A DNA stretch of 64,000 nucleotides, from NCBI GenBank assembly GCA_044223005.1, contig JBGAML010000008.1:129931-193930 (forward strand), in the 5' to 3' direction. Below are positions 21,824 to 30,727 of this stretch, piece by piece. The notes beneath the pieces were generated by a model. It saw only the letters and a list, made by a program, of their open reading frames with translations. It was not told where the DNA came from and did not search any database. The translations under genes were made by a program, and so were the position numbers. The stretch's first letter is position 1; each line of letters starts with the position of its first letter. The DNA is from Candidatus Eiseniibacteriota bacterium. Its GTDB lineage: Bacteria > Eisenbacteria > RBG-16-71-46.

Positions 21824-23758
21824 TCAGCGCGTCCGCACCAGCCAGCGCGTTTCCGCGTGGCCGTTCGCGCGGATCTGGCACATGAACATGCCCGCCGGGA
21901 CCGGGCGGCCCGCGTCGTCGGTGCCGTCCCAGGCCACGTCGTTCGCGCCCGCCGGCCGGTCGCCGTCCACCAGCTGCCGCACGCGCCGGCCCGCCGCGTC
22001 GTAGATCGTCACGCGCGCCAGGCCCGCCGCGGGCAGCGTGAACGCGAACGACGTCGTCGCCGCGAACGGGTTCGGGTGCGCGTGCAGCGCGAAGCCCGCG
22101 CCCGGGGCGACCACCGGCGGTTCGACGCCCGAAACCGGCCGCGACACGATCGCCAGCGTCGCCGAGCGCGCCGGCAGCACGAGGTCCACCGCACCCGAGG
22201 TCATCGTCGCGCCGCCCGCAGCGGCCAGCGGCGAGCCCGCCGCGAAGCGCCGCAGCGTGATCGCGCCACCCAGGCCGTCCGCCGTGGTCAGGTGCACCGT
22301 CTCGCTCACCGTGCTCTTGTTGAACAGCAGCACGTGCAGCTTGCCGCCCGTGCGGTCGTCGATCGCGTACGCGCCCACGCGATCCACTGCGGAGGACGTC
22401 GCGCGCACGCCCTGGCCCGTGACCTTCGCGCCCGCACCGTCGTAGTCCAGATAGAGCCTGAACGCGTCCTGCACCAGCGTGCCGTGCGCAGGCGCGACCC
22501 AGCGCGTCGCCATCGTCACGCCTTCGCGGCCGAAGATCGCCAGCGCCTCGGCCTGCGCGATCGCGCTCGAGATGCCGGTGTCACCGCCGAAGTTGTACTC
22601 CGTGATCGCGAGCCCGATGCCCGGGCAGCGCGCGGCGATGAGCGCCTTCATGCGCGGGATCAGCTGGACCGGCTGGCCGATCCACGACTCGTCCACGTAC
22701 GTCGGGTCGTAGAGGCTCTTGAGCTCCCGCAGCCGGCGGGCCGAGGTCGTCGCGTCCTCGTTGTCGTTGAGCGCCGAGCCGTCCTGCGGGTAGTAATGGA
22801 CGTCGAGCACGTCCACGAGCCGCTGGCCCGTCGCGAGCAGGTGATCGTTCACCTGCTTCAGGTACCACTCGGTGAGCCCGAGCCCGCCGTGCGCCGCGCG
22901 GTCGGCGCCCGGCCCGCAGCCGTCCGCCGCCGAATAGAAGTACTCGCACCAGCCCCATGAGGCCGGCCCCGTCACCTGCGCGAGCGGATCGGCCGCCTTC
23001 ACCGCGGTCGCGTAGTCGGACGTGCGCGTCCAGAGCTCGTCGTACGTGAGCGGATTCGGGTGCACGTCGCGATGCGTGCTGTTCCAGAGCGCCGGCTCGT
23101 TGTCGAGCGCGTAGTACCGGACGCCGCCCGCGGCCGCGTTGCCGAAGCGCGAGACCAGGTGGGCGATCCACGCCTGCTCGAACGCGGGCGTCGCCGGGAT
23201 CGAGGTGTCCGCCGGGTCGTTGCCCGTGATGTCGCCGCCGCCCGACGCGACGCCGTTGCCCGCGTCGGCCGTGCACCAGAACGCGCCGCCGGTCGCGGTG
23301 CACTCGGTCTGCTGCTGCGCGCCGTACTTGGCGACCGAGAAGCCCCACGTCTTGGCGCGCGATTTCGGCGTCCAGCCGATCGTCGGCACCGTCATCAGGA
23401 CTTCCGCGTGCGCGCCGCGCGTCTCGGTCACGAACAGGTCCGCGTCCGAACCGTCGGGCAGCGCCGCCGGGTTCGCGATCGACGATGGGATGTTCTGGAA
23501 GAACCAGTCCGACGCCGTGTTGTGCGTGTCGAGCTGCCAGTTGTAGCGCGTCGTGCTGTTTCCGCCCCAGCGTCGCAGCGGGTAGGGGACGTCGGTGAAC
23601 TCCTGCGTGTCGCCGAAGTTCACGCCGTAGATCAACGGGTTGATCGGGTGGCGATCGAGCGAAGTGTCCACGGTCACGTTGACGGGCGCCGCGTGGGCGG
23701 CGGCCGCGATCGCGACCAGGAGGGCGGCGAAGCCGAGATGCGGAGTACGGGCGAACAT
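21824..23758 (-). CDS. Secreted glycoside hydrolase family 44 (endoglucanase/xyloglucanase) with C-terminal FlgD-like sorting domain
   Basis: INPLIYGVN, RWGGNSTTRYNW, LDNEPALWNSTHRDVHP, DVHYYPQ, AITEYNFG, AQAEALAIFGREG; CTD HPNPF...WDGTDDAG. Confidence 0.9.
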   Translation of the reverse strand: MFARTPHLGFAALLVAIAAAAHAAPVNVTVDTSLDRHPINPLIYGVNFGDTQEFTDVPYPLRRWGGNSTTRYNWQLDTHNTASDWFFQNIPSSIANPAALPDGSDADLFVTETRGAHAEVLMTVPTIGWTPKSRAKTWGFSVAKYGAQQQTECTATGGAFWCTADAGNGVASGGGDITGNDPADTSIPATPAFEQAWIAHLVSRFGNAAAGGVRYYALDNEPALWNSTHRDVHPNPLTYDELWTRTSDYATAVKAADPLAQVTGPASWGWCEYFYSAADGCGPGADRAAHGGLGLTEWYLKQVNDHLLATGQRLVDVLDVHYYPQDGSALNDNEDATTSARRLRELKSLYDPTYVDESWIGQPVQLIPRMKALIAARCPGIGLAITEYNFGGDTGISSAIAQAEALAIFGREGVTMATRWVAPAHGTLVQDAFRLYLDYDGAGAKVTGQGVRATSSAVDRVGAYAIDDRTGGKLHVLLFNKSTVSETVHLTTADGLGGAITLRRFAAGSPLAAAGGATMTSGAVDLVLPARSATLAIVSRPVSGVEPPVVAPGAGFALHAHPNPFAATTSFAFTLPAAGLARVTIYDAAGRRVRQLVDGDRPAGANDVAWDGTDDAGRPVPAGMFMCQIRANGHAETRWLVRTR

Positions 23759-23807
23759 GGCAGGGCCTCCGGAACCGGCCACGAACCGGGCCGGCGCCGA
23801 GTGGGGC

Positions 23808-23822
23808 GCAAGGCCGGTGCCA
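23808..23822 (-). promoter_or_regulatory. Sigma-54 (-24/-12) promoter for the GH44 gene
   Basis: Minus strand reads TGGCAC-CGGCC-TTGC, an exact TGGCAC-N5-TTGC match about 50 nt upstream of the ATG. Confidence 0.7.
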
Positions 23823-24038
23823 TGCGGCAAGTCCAACGCCCGCGCGAGGGCGTGTCCGGGCGCCGCCGCGCGGAGCCGGGGCCCTGCACGGGGCATCGTG
23901 CGTTCCGCACGGGATTTGCGCGGGTGGCGAATCCTCTGGGGCGACCGCTACTCTCACTCGGCGGGTGCCGGAGAGCGCCCGCCGCCGGGTGAGGCCCGGC
24001 TGGCTTCGACCCCGAAACCCATGAGGACCACTCGCTCC

Positions 24039-24230
24039 ATGTGCACTCGCGTCCGGTGCCCCAAGTGCGGCAAGCCCACCTACAGCGGTTGCGGTGCCCA
24101 CGTCGAACAAGTGCTGGGTGACGTTCCCAAGTCCGACCGCTGCAAGTGCCGCGAGACGGCCTCCGCGCCCAAGCCCCGCGCGGCGGCGGCCGCGGGCCGC
24201 TCCTGGCTCGATCGCCTGATCGGCCGCTGA
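24039..24230 (+). CDS. 63-aa Cys-rich putative metal-binding protein
   Basis: MCTRVRCPKCGKPTYSGCGAH...RCKC; GAGGA RBS at 24023. Confidence 0.75.
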   Translation: MCTRVRCPKCGKPTYSGCGAHVEQVLGDVPKSDRCKCRETASAPKPRAAAAAGRSWLDRLIGR

Positions 24231-24301
24231 GCGCACACTCGCGCGCGTGAACTCCCGCGCGCGGCATGGACAGCGCCCCGCGGAGCGACGATGCTCCGCG
24301 G

Positions 24302-25438
24302 ATGAGCCTCCATCCGCTCGTCACCGGAATCGCCGGCGCGGCGATCGTCGCGGCCGTCCTGTGGGACGCGTTCGAGACAATGCTGCTGCCGCGCCGCATC
24401 GGCCGTCGCGTTCGTCTCACCCGCTACTTCTACATGACCACCTGGCGGTCTTGGCGCGCGTGCGCCGGCTGGGTGCCCCGCACCGCGACGCGCGACTGGG
24501 TGCTCGGGCTCTATGGTCCCGCATCGCTGATCCTGCTGCTCGTCTGCTGGGCGGCGGCGCTGATCGCCGGGTTCGCGTTGGTGCAGTCGGCACTCGGCGG
24601 GCTCACCGGGAACGCGAGTCACGCCGGGATGCTGCTCTACATGAGCGGCGAGACCTTCTTCACGCTCGGCTTCGGTGACGTCGTTCCCGCCACGGGGGCG
24701 GGCCGCTGGCTGTCGGTGCTCGAGGCCGGCACGGGATTCGCGTTCCTCGGCACCGTGATCGGTTACCTGCCGACCGTGTACAACGCGTTCTCGCAGCGCG
24801 AGCTCATGGTTACGCTGCTCGACGCGCGCGCGGGGTCGCCGCCCACGGCGGCGGAGTTCCTGCGCCGCGTGCCCGCGGTGGGAGCGGCCACGCTGCCCGA
24901 CGATATCCTGGCGCAGGCCGAGTCCTGGGCGGCGCAGGTGCTCGAGACGCATCTCTCGTTTCCGCTGCTCGCGTACTACCGCTCGCTGCACTCCAACCAG
25001 TCGTGGCTCGGCGCGCTCACGTCGATCCTCGATGCGTCCGCGCTGCTCGTCGCGGGCGCGGAAGGGCCCGCGTCCGACCAGGCGCCGATCACGTTCGCGA
25101 TGGCGCGGCACGCGCTCGTGGACGTGACGCAGGCGTTCGTGCGCGAGCCGCTCGCGAGCGCGCCCGACCGGCTGGACCCCGCCGCGCTCGCCGCGCTGCG
25201 CACGCACCTGGAGGACTCGTCGTTCCGGCTGCCGGCCACGCCGGAGTTCGAACAGCGGCTCGCGAAGCTGCGGCGGCTGTACGAGCCGTACGCCCAGGCG
25301 CTCGCCGCGTACCTGCAGCTCGAACTGCCACCGTGGCGCCCGGCCGTGGGCGCGCGCGACAACTGGCACGGCGGGCCCTGGGATCGCGCGCTCGGCACTC
25401 GCGACACGCGCGTGTTCGCGGCCGACGAGCACTTTTGA
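24302..25438 (+). CDS. Potassium-channel-family (Ion_trans_2) membrane protein
   Basis: Pore motif YMSGETFFTLGFGD between TM helices. Start 24302 or 24266. Confidence 0.8.
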   Translation: MSLHPLVTGIAGAAIVAAVLWDAFETMLLPRRIGRRVRLTRYFYMTTWRSWRACAGWVPRTATRDWVLGLYGPASLILLLVCWAAALIAGFALVQSALGGLTGNASHAGMLLYMSGETFFTLGFGDVVPATGAGRWLSVLEAGTGFAFLGTVIGYLPTVYNAFSQRELMVTLLDARAGSPPTAAEFLRRVPAVGAATLPDDILAQAESWAAQVLETHLSFPLLAYYRSLHSNQSWLGALTSILDASALLVAGAEGPASDQAPITFAMARHALVDVTQAFVREPLASAPDRLDPAALAALRTHLEDSSFRLPATPEFEQRLAKLRRLYEPYAQALAAYLQLELPPWRPAVGARDNWHGGPWDRALGTRDTRVFAADEHF

Positions 25439-25450
25439 GCGCCGGAAGCG

Positions 25451-25485
25451 CGCGGGGCGGCGGCCGCATCGGCCGCCGCCCCGCG
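25451..25485. terminator. Hairpin between convergent genes
   Basis: Perfect 16-bp stem cgcggggcggcggccg-cat-cggccgccgccccgcg. Confidence 0.7.
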
Positions 25486-25504
25486 TGTTTCCGCGCCGGA
25501 TGCG

Positions 25505-28500
25505 TCAGGGCATCACGACGAGCTTCTGCGTCCGCGCCTCGGCGCCCACGGCGAAGCGCGCGAAGTAGACGCCGCCGCGGACGGGGTTCCGCTCCGCGTC
25601 GCGCAGGTCCCACGTCAGCGAGAACGTGCCGGCGCGGGCGATGCCGCGGTCGACCGTGCTCACGCGCCGGCCCGTGAGGTCGAAGATCGCCAGTTCGTAG
25701 GTCTGGCCGCCCAGCGCGACCGGGACGCCGAACTCCATGCGAGCGCGGCCGCGTGCCGGGTTCGGCGACGGCGGTGCGAAGGCCAGCGACCGCGGAGCCG
25801 TCGCGCTGGCCGGCCCGCCGTTCACGTCCGCCACGTACAGCGGCGCGCGCGAGTAGCCCGTGCGCCGCGCGTCGTGCATGAACTGCGGCCACGGCGCGAC
25901 ACCGGTCGGCTGGAACGGGAAGTCGTAGTCCCACACGTAGAGGTTCTTGTCCCAGCCCGCGAGTACGATCTCCGTCTTGCCGTCGCGGTCGATGTCGCCG
26001 AGTGCCGGCGTGCCGCGCACCTCGCCCGACAGCTGGATCGGGAAGCCGGCGAGCACCTGCCCCGTCGCGCCCGAGAATGCCGTGAGCTGCGCGTTCTCGT
26101 CACCGATCACCACGTCGTTCCAGCCGTCGCCATTGATGTCCGCGACCACGGGGCTGCTCTCCGTCGCCCCGGCGGTGAGCGCGCTGAAGCGATCCCCGTC
26201 CAGCGAGGCGATCGGGACGCCCGAACCGGACCAGCAGTGGAGCACGCCGTCGATCCCGGCGACGACGATGTCGTCGAGCCCGTCGTTGTTCATGTCGGCG
26301 ATGGCCGGCGTCGGCGAGCGCTCGGTGCCGCCGTTGGCGATCACGCGCTTGGGCCAGCCGGGGCGGCCCTGGCCGTTCGCCTCGACGACGTAGACCGTGT
26401 CCGAGTAGCTGGTGAAGACGAGCTCGGGCTGGACGTCGGCCGGGCCGTCGAGGAAGCCGACCGCGACCGAGGAGGTGATCGCGTCCGAGGTGTGGTACGG
26501 GAAGCCGGGCACCAGCGTGCCGTTGGCCTTCCACGCGTAGAGGTTGCCGTCGCGAGCGCCGTAGATGATCTCGGGCTTGCCGTCGCCGTCGAGGTCGGCG
26601 AGTGCGGGGGAGCTGTAGTTGTACTGCAGGCCGAACGTCTTGAAGACACCCTGCGTGGTCGGGTTGTTGTCGCCGTCCATCCACTCGGTGCCGTTGGAAC
26701 GCAGCACGTAGAGGCCGAAGGAGTTCGAGCCGAGCACGAGTTCCTGCTTGCCGTCTCCGTCCAGGTCGCCGATCGCGACCGACGACCACGCGCCGGTGTT
26801 CATCACGAACGGCCAGCCCGGACGCACGTTGCCGGCGGGATCGAACACATAGACGCGGGTCGAATCCCACGACGCGCCGATGATCGAGAAGCCCTGCCCC
26901 GGTTCGAGCTGGGCGACGCTCGGGCCCGACGCGAAGTACGAGCCGCGACGCGAGAAGTCGCCGAGCGTCGCGGCCGCGCCGTCGCCGTCGACGGGGGCGG
27001 TACCGTCGGCATGCAGCACGTAGAGCACGTCCGAGCCCGCGACGATGTCGGTCTGGCTGTTGGAGTAGATCGACTCGAGCGCCACCGAGGATGGTGTCGT
27101 GCGGCCCATCGAAACCGGGAAGATGGAATGCGTCGGCGGATTCGTGCTGGCGGCCGCGACAGTCGACTGCGCCGACTCGTTGCCCGACGAATCCACGGCC
27201 GTGACCCGGTACCAGTACTGCGTGAGCGGGGCGAGGCCGCCGTCCACGTAGTAGGCGGTGCGGTCCGTGGGGACGAGGTTCACCTTGCCGAAGGGCCCCG
27301 CCGGCGTGGCGCTCCGGTACACGTTGTAGCCGAGCAGGTCCGGCGCATTCGAGTGGGCCCAGCGCAACTCGACGCCGCTGGCTCGGCCGATGCCGAGGAG
27401 CCCCGTGAGCGCGCCCGGATAGCCGAGGTCCAGCGTCTGGGAGCCCATCGCCCCGTAGGTCCCGCTCAGCACCACGGTGAACTTCGCGAGCGTGCTCAAG
27501 GGCACGAACGTGACGGCGTCGCCCGTCACCGTCGCACCCGGCGCGATCGTGCCCAGCGTGGCGACGCTGTCGGTCACGCTCGCGAGCCCGTCGGCGGAAC
27601 GGAAGCGCAACGAGACTCCACGTGCGGCGCCGCTTCCTTCGTTGCGAATCGAGATGCCGTAGTTGACCGTTTCTCCCGTCGCCGGCCGCCCGTCCCCGTT
27701 CCCCACGGGCTCGGTCTCGGTGTGCGTGTACGTGCGCAGCTCCGGAGCATGGACGGTCAGTGTGAAGAACTGGCGCCAGGAGCGGGCCGCGCCGTCGGTG
27801 ATGACGAGCTGGAAGGGCACCTCGCGCTGGTCCGCGGTCGACGCCGGTACCGAGATCCGGAAGCCCGTCGCCGGCGAGCCGGTCGTGACCGTCCCGCCGC
27901 TCGCGATCGACCCGTACGTGACGGTGGGGGTCGTCACCGCGATGGTGCCGTCGGTCGTCGTCAGCGTGGCCTTGACGTTCGGCGCGGTGGATCCCCCGCG
28001 GTTCAGCAGCGACAAGCGCACGTCGACGCTCTCGCCGGCGTCCAGCGACGCGTTGCCGTCGCCGATCGTTCCGCCGGAGCCGTCGTCCACCAGCGTCACG
28101 GGTCCCTTCACGATCGTCGGTGCGGAGGTGGGCGCGATCACGAGCGCCGCCTGCCACGGGTGCGCATTGAACGCGGTCACCGTCAGCGTCACGAGGCCAC
28201 CGGCCGAATCGGGGCGGAACGGCAGGACGACCGAACCCGTCGCGTCCGTGAGACCGCTCTCGAAGTCGTTCCCGGCGCGGTACGCCGTCACCCGGGCGTT
28301 CGGGAGTGGCTGCCCGCTCGTGAGCACCTGCACCGTGATCGTCGTGTCGGCGAGCGTCATCGTGGCCGGGGCGTTCACGGTGAGCGTACGAGGCTTGCCG
28401 CGCCACATGCGCAACTCGGGGTCGCCGAGTTCGAGAATCGCCTGGTGCGTCCAGCGATCCGCACCGTCGAACGTGGTCCAGGGAAGATAGGGCACCTTCT

Positions 28501-30244
28501 GGAGAGCGGTGAGTTCGCCGACGGCGGTCACGCTGTCCCGCAGGAAGAGCTGGAAGTACTGGAACTGGTAGACCTGGCTGGTCCCCGGGAAGTCGAGCCG
28601 CGACGAGCCGACGTTGGTCACCGCGCCGCCGTTGGGGTCGAGCAGGAACGCTTCGCCGATGCACGGGAAGTCGATCGCGACCGAGGTGCAGTTCAGCGAG
28701 TACAGGTTCATCAGCTTGTCGCCGTTCGTGAGTCCGAGCGCGTCGGGGTTGCTCAGCGTGGCATCGCCGACCTCCATCACGTTCCGGTAGCCGTGGCCGA
28801 TGTGCAGCCCGAGGCCGTAGCCCGCGTTGATCGAGTCGAGCACGGCCTGCCGCGTCTCCGGCACCACGCCCGGGCGCCACTGCGGATCGGTGTTGTTCTG
28901 GTAGAGACGCGCGACGTGCAGGCTGGGCTCGAGGTCGGTGTTCTCGAGCAGGCCTTCGGCGTAGGCCGCGCCGTCCGTCGAGATCTCCTGCCCCGTCTGC
29001 CACTTCTCGGGGAAGAGCACTTCGGCGAAGAACATCCAGCGGTCCTCGTACGTGCCCAGCGGCGTCTTCTCGTACTGCAGCGTCTTGTCGACGAACACCT
29101 GCGCGTCCGCCGGCGTGGTCACCGGCGCGCGGCCCACGTACACCTCGGGCATCATGTCCGCGTTGTCGCCGTTCGGGTCGGCGCCGTACTGGCCTTCGCC
29201 GTAGAGGCTGTCGCCGTCGGCGTTCCAGTTGCCGTCGAGGCAGCTGTAGTAGAGGTCGGTCGCGATCATCTCGGCGTCGTAGAACGTGTTGTACGCATAG
29301 CGCACCGGGATCACGTCGGTGTCGCCGCCGAGCAGCACCCACTTGGCGCCCCAGCGCGTGTACGCGTCACGCAGGAACAGCCGGATCCGCTCGGCGTCGT
29401 CCGCCGCCGAGGGGTACTGGCCCTGGATGAACGACACCGTCCGCACCACCGCCGGCAGGCCCGTCTGCGTCTTCCAGTCCGCCAGCTGCTGGAACACCGG
29501 CGCCATCGCGTCGTTCGTCACGATCACGTACGCCACCGGGCTGCCCAGCACCGACGGCAGCTGCGTCGCCCGGAACGGCACCGCCTTGCCGCCCGCGCCG
29601 CCCGCCGCGCTCGCCACCACCGCGCGGCCGCGCACCGGCGGCCCCGCCGGCAGTGTCCCGGCGTCTTCCCACTCCGGCACGATCCGCTCGCGCTCGAGCC
29701 CCGTATCCTGTCCGTCCTCCACCACCAGCTTCACGCTCACCTGCGTCACCGCCCGCAGCTCGCCCGTCGCGGGGTTCCACTGCGCACCGCTCACCGCCAG
29801 CGTCGCGAGGGTGCGCCCGCGCAGCATGCCCTGCGCTCCGAGTTCCACCACCTGCGCCGGCTGCGCCACCGCGCTCGCGTACACGCCCGCGTCGGGCGCG
29901 GTGCGCTCCACCGGCCCCAGGCCCGGCGTCGGCCGCACCGCGGGCTCGACGTGAACGCCGTTCGCCAGCGCGCGTGTCTGCACCGCGGTCACCTCGACCG
30001 AGACGATCCGCTGCCCGGGGGCGAGCTCCACCGACTCCGAGTGCCACGGCAGGTCGGGTAGGCCGGAGCGCTTCTCGCGCGCGGCGCCGGCCAGCTGCAC
30101 CAGCGCCGAGCCGCCCTGGTTCACCACGCGCAGCTTGGCCGCGTCGTAGGTGAACTGGCGTTCGATCGTGGTCGTGGCGCCGGACGCGAGCGAAGCGGAG
30201 AGCAGGAGGAACGCGGCGAGGAGCGGGGGAATCCTGCGGTGCAT
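25505..30244 (-). CDS. Secreted C25 (gingipain-like) cysteine peptidase with propeptide, Ig/FN3 domains, FG-GAP repeats and C-terminal sorting domain
   Basis: YVIVT, LADWK, WVLLGGD, TDLYY, VYVGRAP; catalytic HIGHG...SLNC; LGDPEL; repeated DLDGDGK; CTD SPNP...FDLTGRRV...GVYFARF. Confidence 0.9.
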   Translation of the reverse strand: MHRRIPPLLAAFLLLSASLASGATTTIERQFTYDAAKLRVVNQGGSALVQLAGAAREKRSGLPDLPWHSESVELAPGQRIVSVEVTAVQTRALANGVHVEPAVRPTPGLGPVERTAPDAGVYASAVAQPAQVVELGAQGMLRGRTLATLAVSGAQWNPATGELRAVTQVSVKLVVEDGQDTGLERERIVPEWEDAGTLPAGPPVRGRAVVASAAGGAGGKAVPFRATQLPSVLGSPVAYVIVTNDAMAPVFQQLADWKTQTGLPAVVRTVSFIQGQYPSAADDAERIRLFLRDAYTRWGAKWVLLGGDTDVIPVRYAYNTFYDAEMIATDLYYSCLDGNWNADGDSLYGEGQYGADPNGDNADMMPEVYVGRAPVTTPADAQVFVDKTLQYEKTPLGTYEDRWMFFAEVLFPEKWQTGQEISTDGAAYAEGLLENTDLEPSLHVARLYQNNTDPQWRPGVVPETRQAVLDSINAGYGLGLHIGHGYRNVMEVGDATLSNPDALGLTNGDKLMNLYSLNCTSVAIDFPCIGEAFLLDPNGGAVTNVGSSRLDFPGTSQVYQFQYFQLFLRDSVTAVGELTALQKVPYLPWTTFDGADRWTHQAILELGDPELRMWRGKPRTLTVNAPATMTLADTTITVQVLTSGQPLPNARVTAYRAGNDFESGLTDATGSVVLPFRPDSAGGLVTLTVTAFNAHPWQAALVIAPTSAPTIVKGPVTLVDDGSGGTIGDGNASLDAGESVDVRLSLLNRGGSTAPNVKATLTTTDGTIAVTTPTVTYGSIASGGTVTTGSPATGFRISVPASTADQREVPFQLVITDGAARSWRQFFTLTVHAPELRTYTHTETEPVGNGDGRPATGETVNYGISIRNEGSGAARGVSLRFRSADGLASVTDSVATLGTIAPGATVTGDAVTFVPLSTLAKFTVVLSGTYGAMGSQTLDLGYPGALTGLLGIGRASGVELRWAHSNAPDLLGYNVYRSATPAGPFGKVNLVPTDRTAYYVDGGLAPLTQYWYRVTAVDSSGNESAQSTVAAASTNPPTHSIFPVSMGRTTPSSVALESIYSNSQTDIVAGSDVLYVLHADGTAPVDGDGAAATLGDFSRRGSYFASGPSVAQLEPGQGFSIIGASWDSTRVYVFDPAGNVRPGWPFVMNTGAWSSVAIGDLDGDGKQELVLGSNSFGLYVLRSNGTEWMDGDNNPTTQGVFKTFGLQYNYSSPALADLDGDGKPEIIYGARDGNLYAWKANGTLVPGFPYHTSDAITSSVAVGFLDGPADVQPELVFTSYSDTVYVVEANGQGRPGWPKRVIANGGTERSPTPAIADMNNDGLDDIVVAGIDGVLHCWSGSGVPIASLDGDRFSALTAGATESSPVVADINGDGWNDVVIGDENAQLTAFSGATGQVLAGFPIQLSGEVRGTPALGDIDRDGKTEIVLAGWDKNLYVWDYDFPFQPTGVAPWPQFMHDARRTGYSRAPLYVADVNGGPASATAPRSLAFAPPSPNPARGRARMEFGVPVALGGQTYELAIFDLTGRRVSTVDRGIARAGTFSLTWDLRDAERNPVRGGVYFARFAVGAEARTQKLVVMP

Positions 30245-30727
30245 GATCTCTCCCTGGGCCCTGCGGAAGATGCGTGGAGCGCGTGGGGTGCGGCCCGGGG
30301 TCGCCCGCTTCGGGTGGCGAACCAGGTCGGCGTCCGGAGGCCTCGGGGCTCGTGGGGCGGCGCTCCGAACGTCTGATCACTCCATACGATACGGAAAGAT
30401 CCGAAGACGGATCAACGGCCATCGGGTGAAGCCCCCCGATTTGACCCGCAGGTCCCCTCCAGACCGTGCAAGCTGCCCGGAGGTCACACCCCGGCGCCCC
30501 GTCCGCGGCATCCCGGCGTGCGGCCTGCAAGCCTCTGTGGACGCAAGGCCTGCCAGAAATGTGACCGGAGGACCGGGTTGCGGGGTAGGGTGGGCGGCCA
30601 CGGACGGTCCGGCGGGTTTGCCCTGCGCGAACCGATCCGGCGAGCCGATGAACCGGAACGAGGCCGGTTTGCTCGCCGTGCGTCGGGTTTCGCGACCGCG
30701 GGTGACGCGCAATCCCAGGAGGTGCCC

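Noticed and set aside
30543..30555. Sigma-54-like TGGCA...TTGC upstream of the C25 gene
   Set aside because: GG-to-GC spacing is 8 nt, not the required 10.
30520..30630. Fragments resembling a c-di-GMP-I riboswitch (GGACGCAAGGCC on plus, CAGGGCAAACC on minus)
   Set aside because: The two halves are on opposite strands and the GAAA tetraloop/receptor stem is absent. An Infernal scan would settle it.
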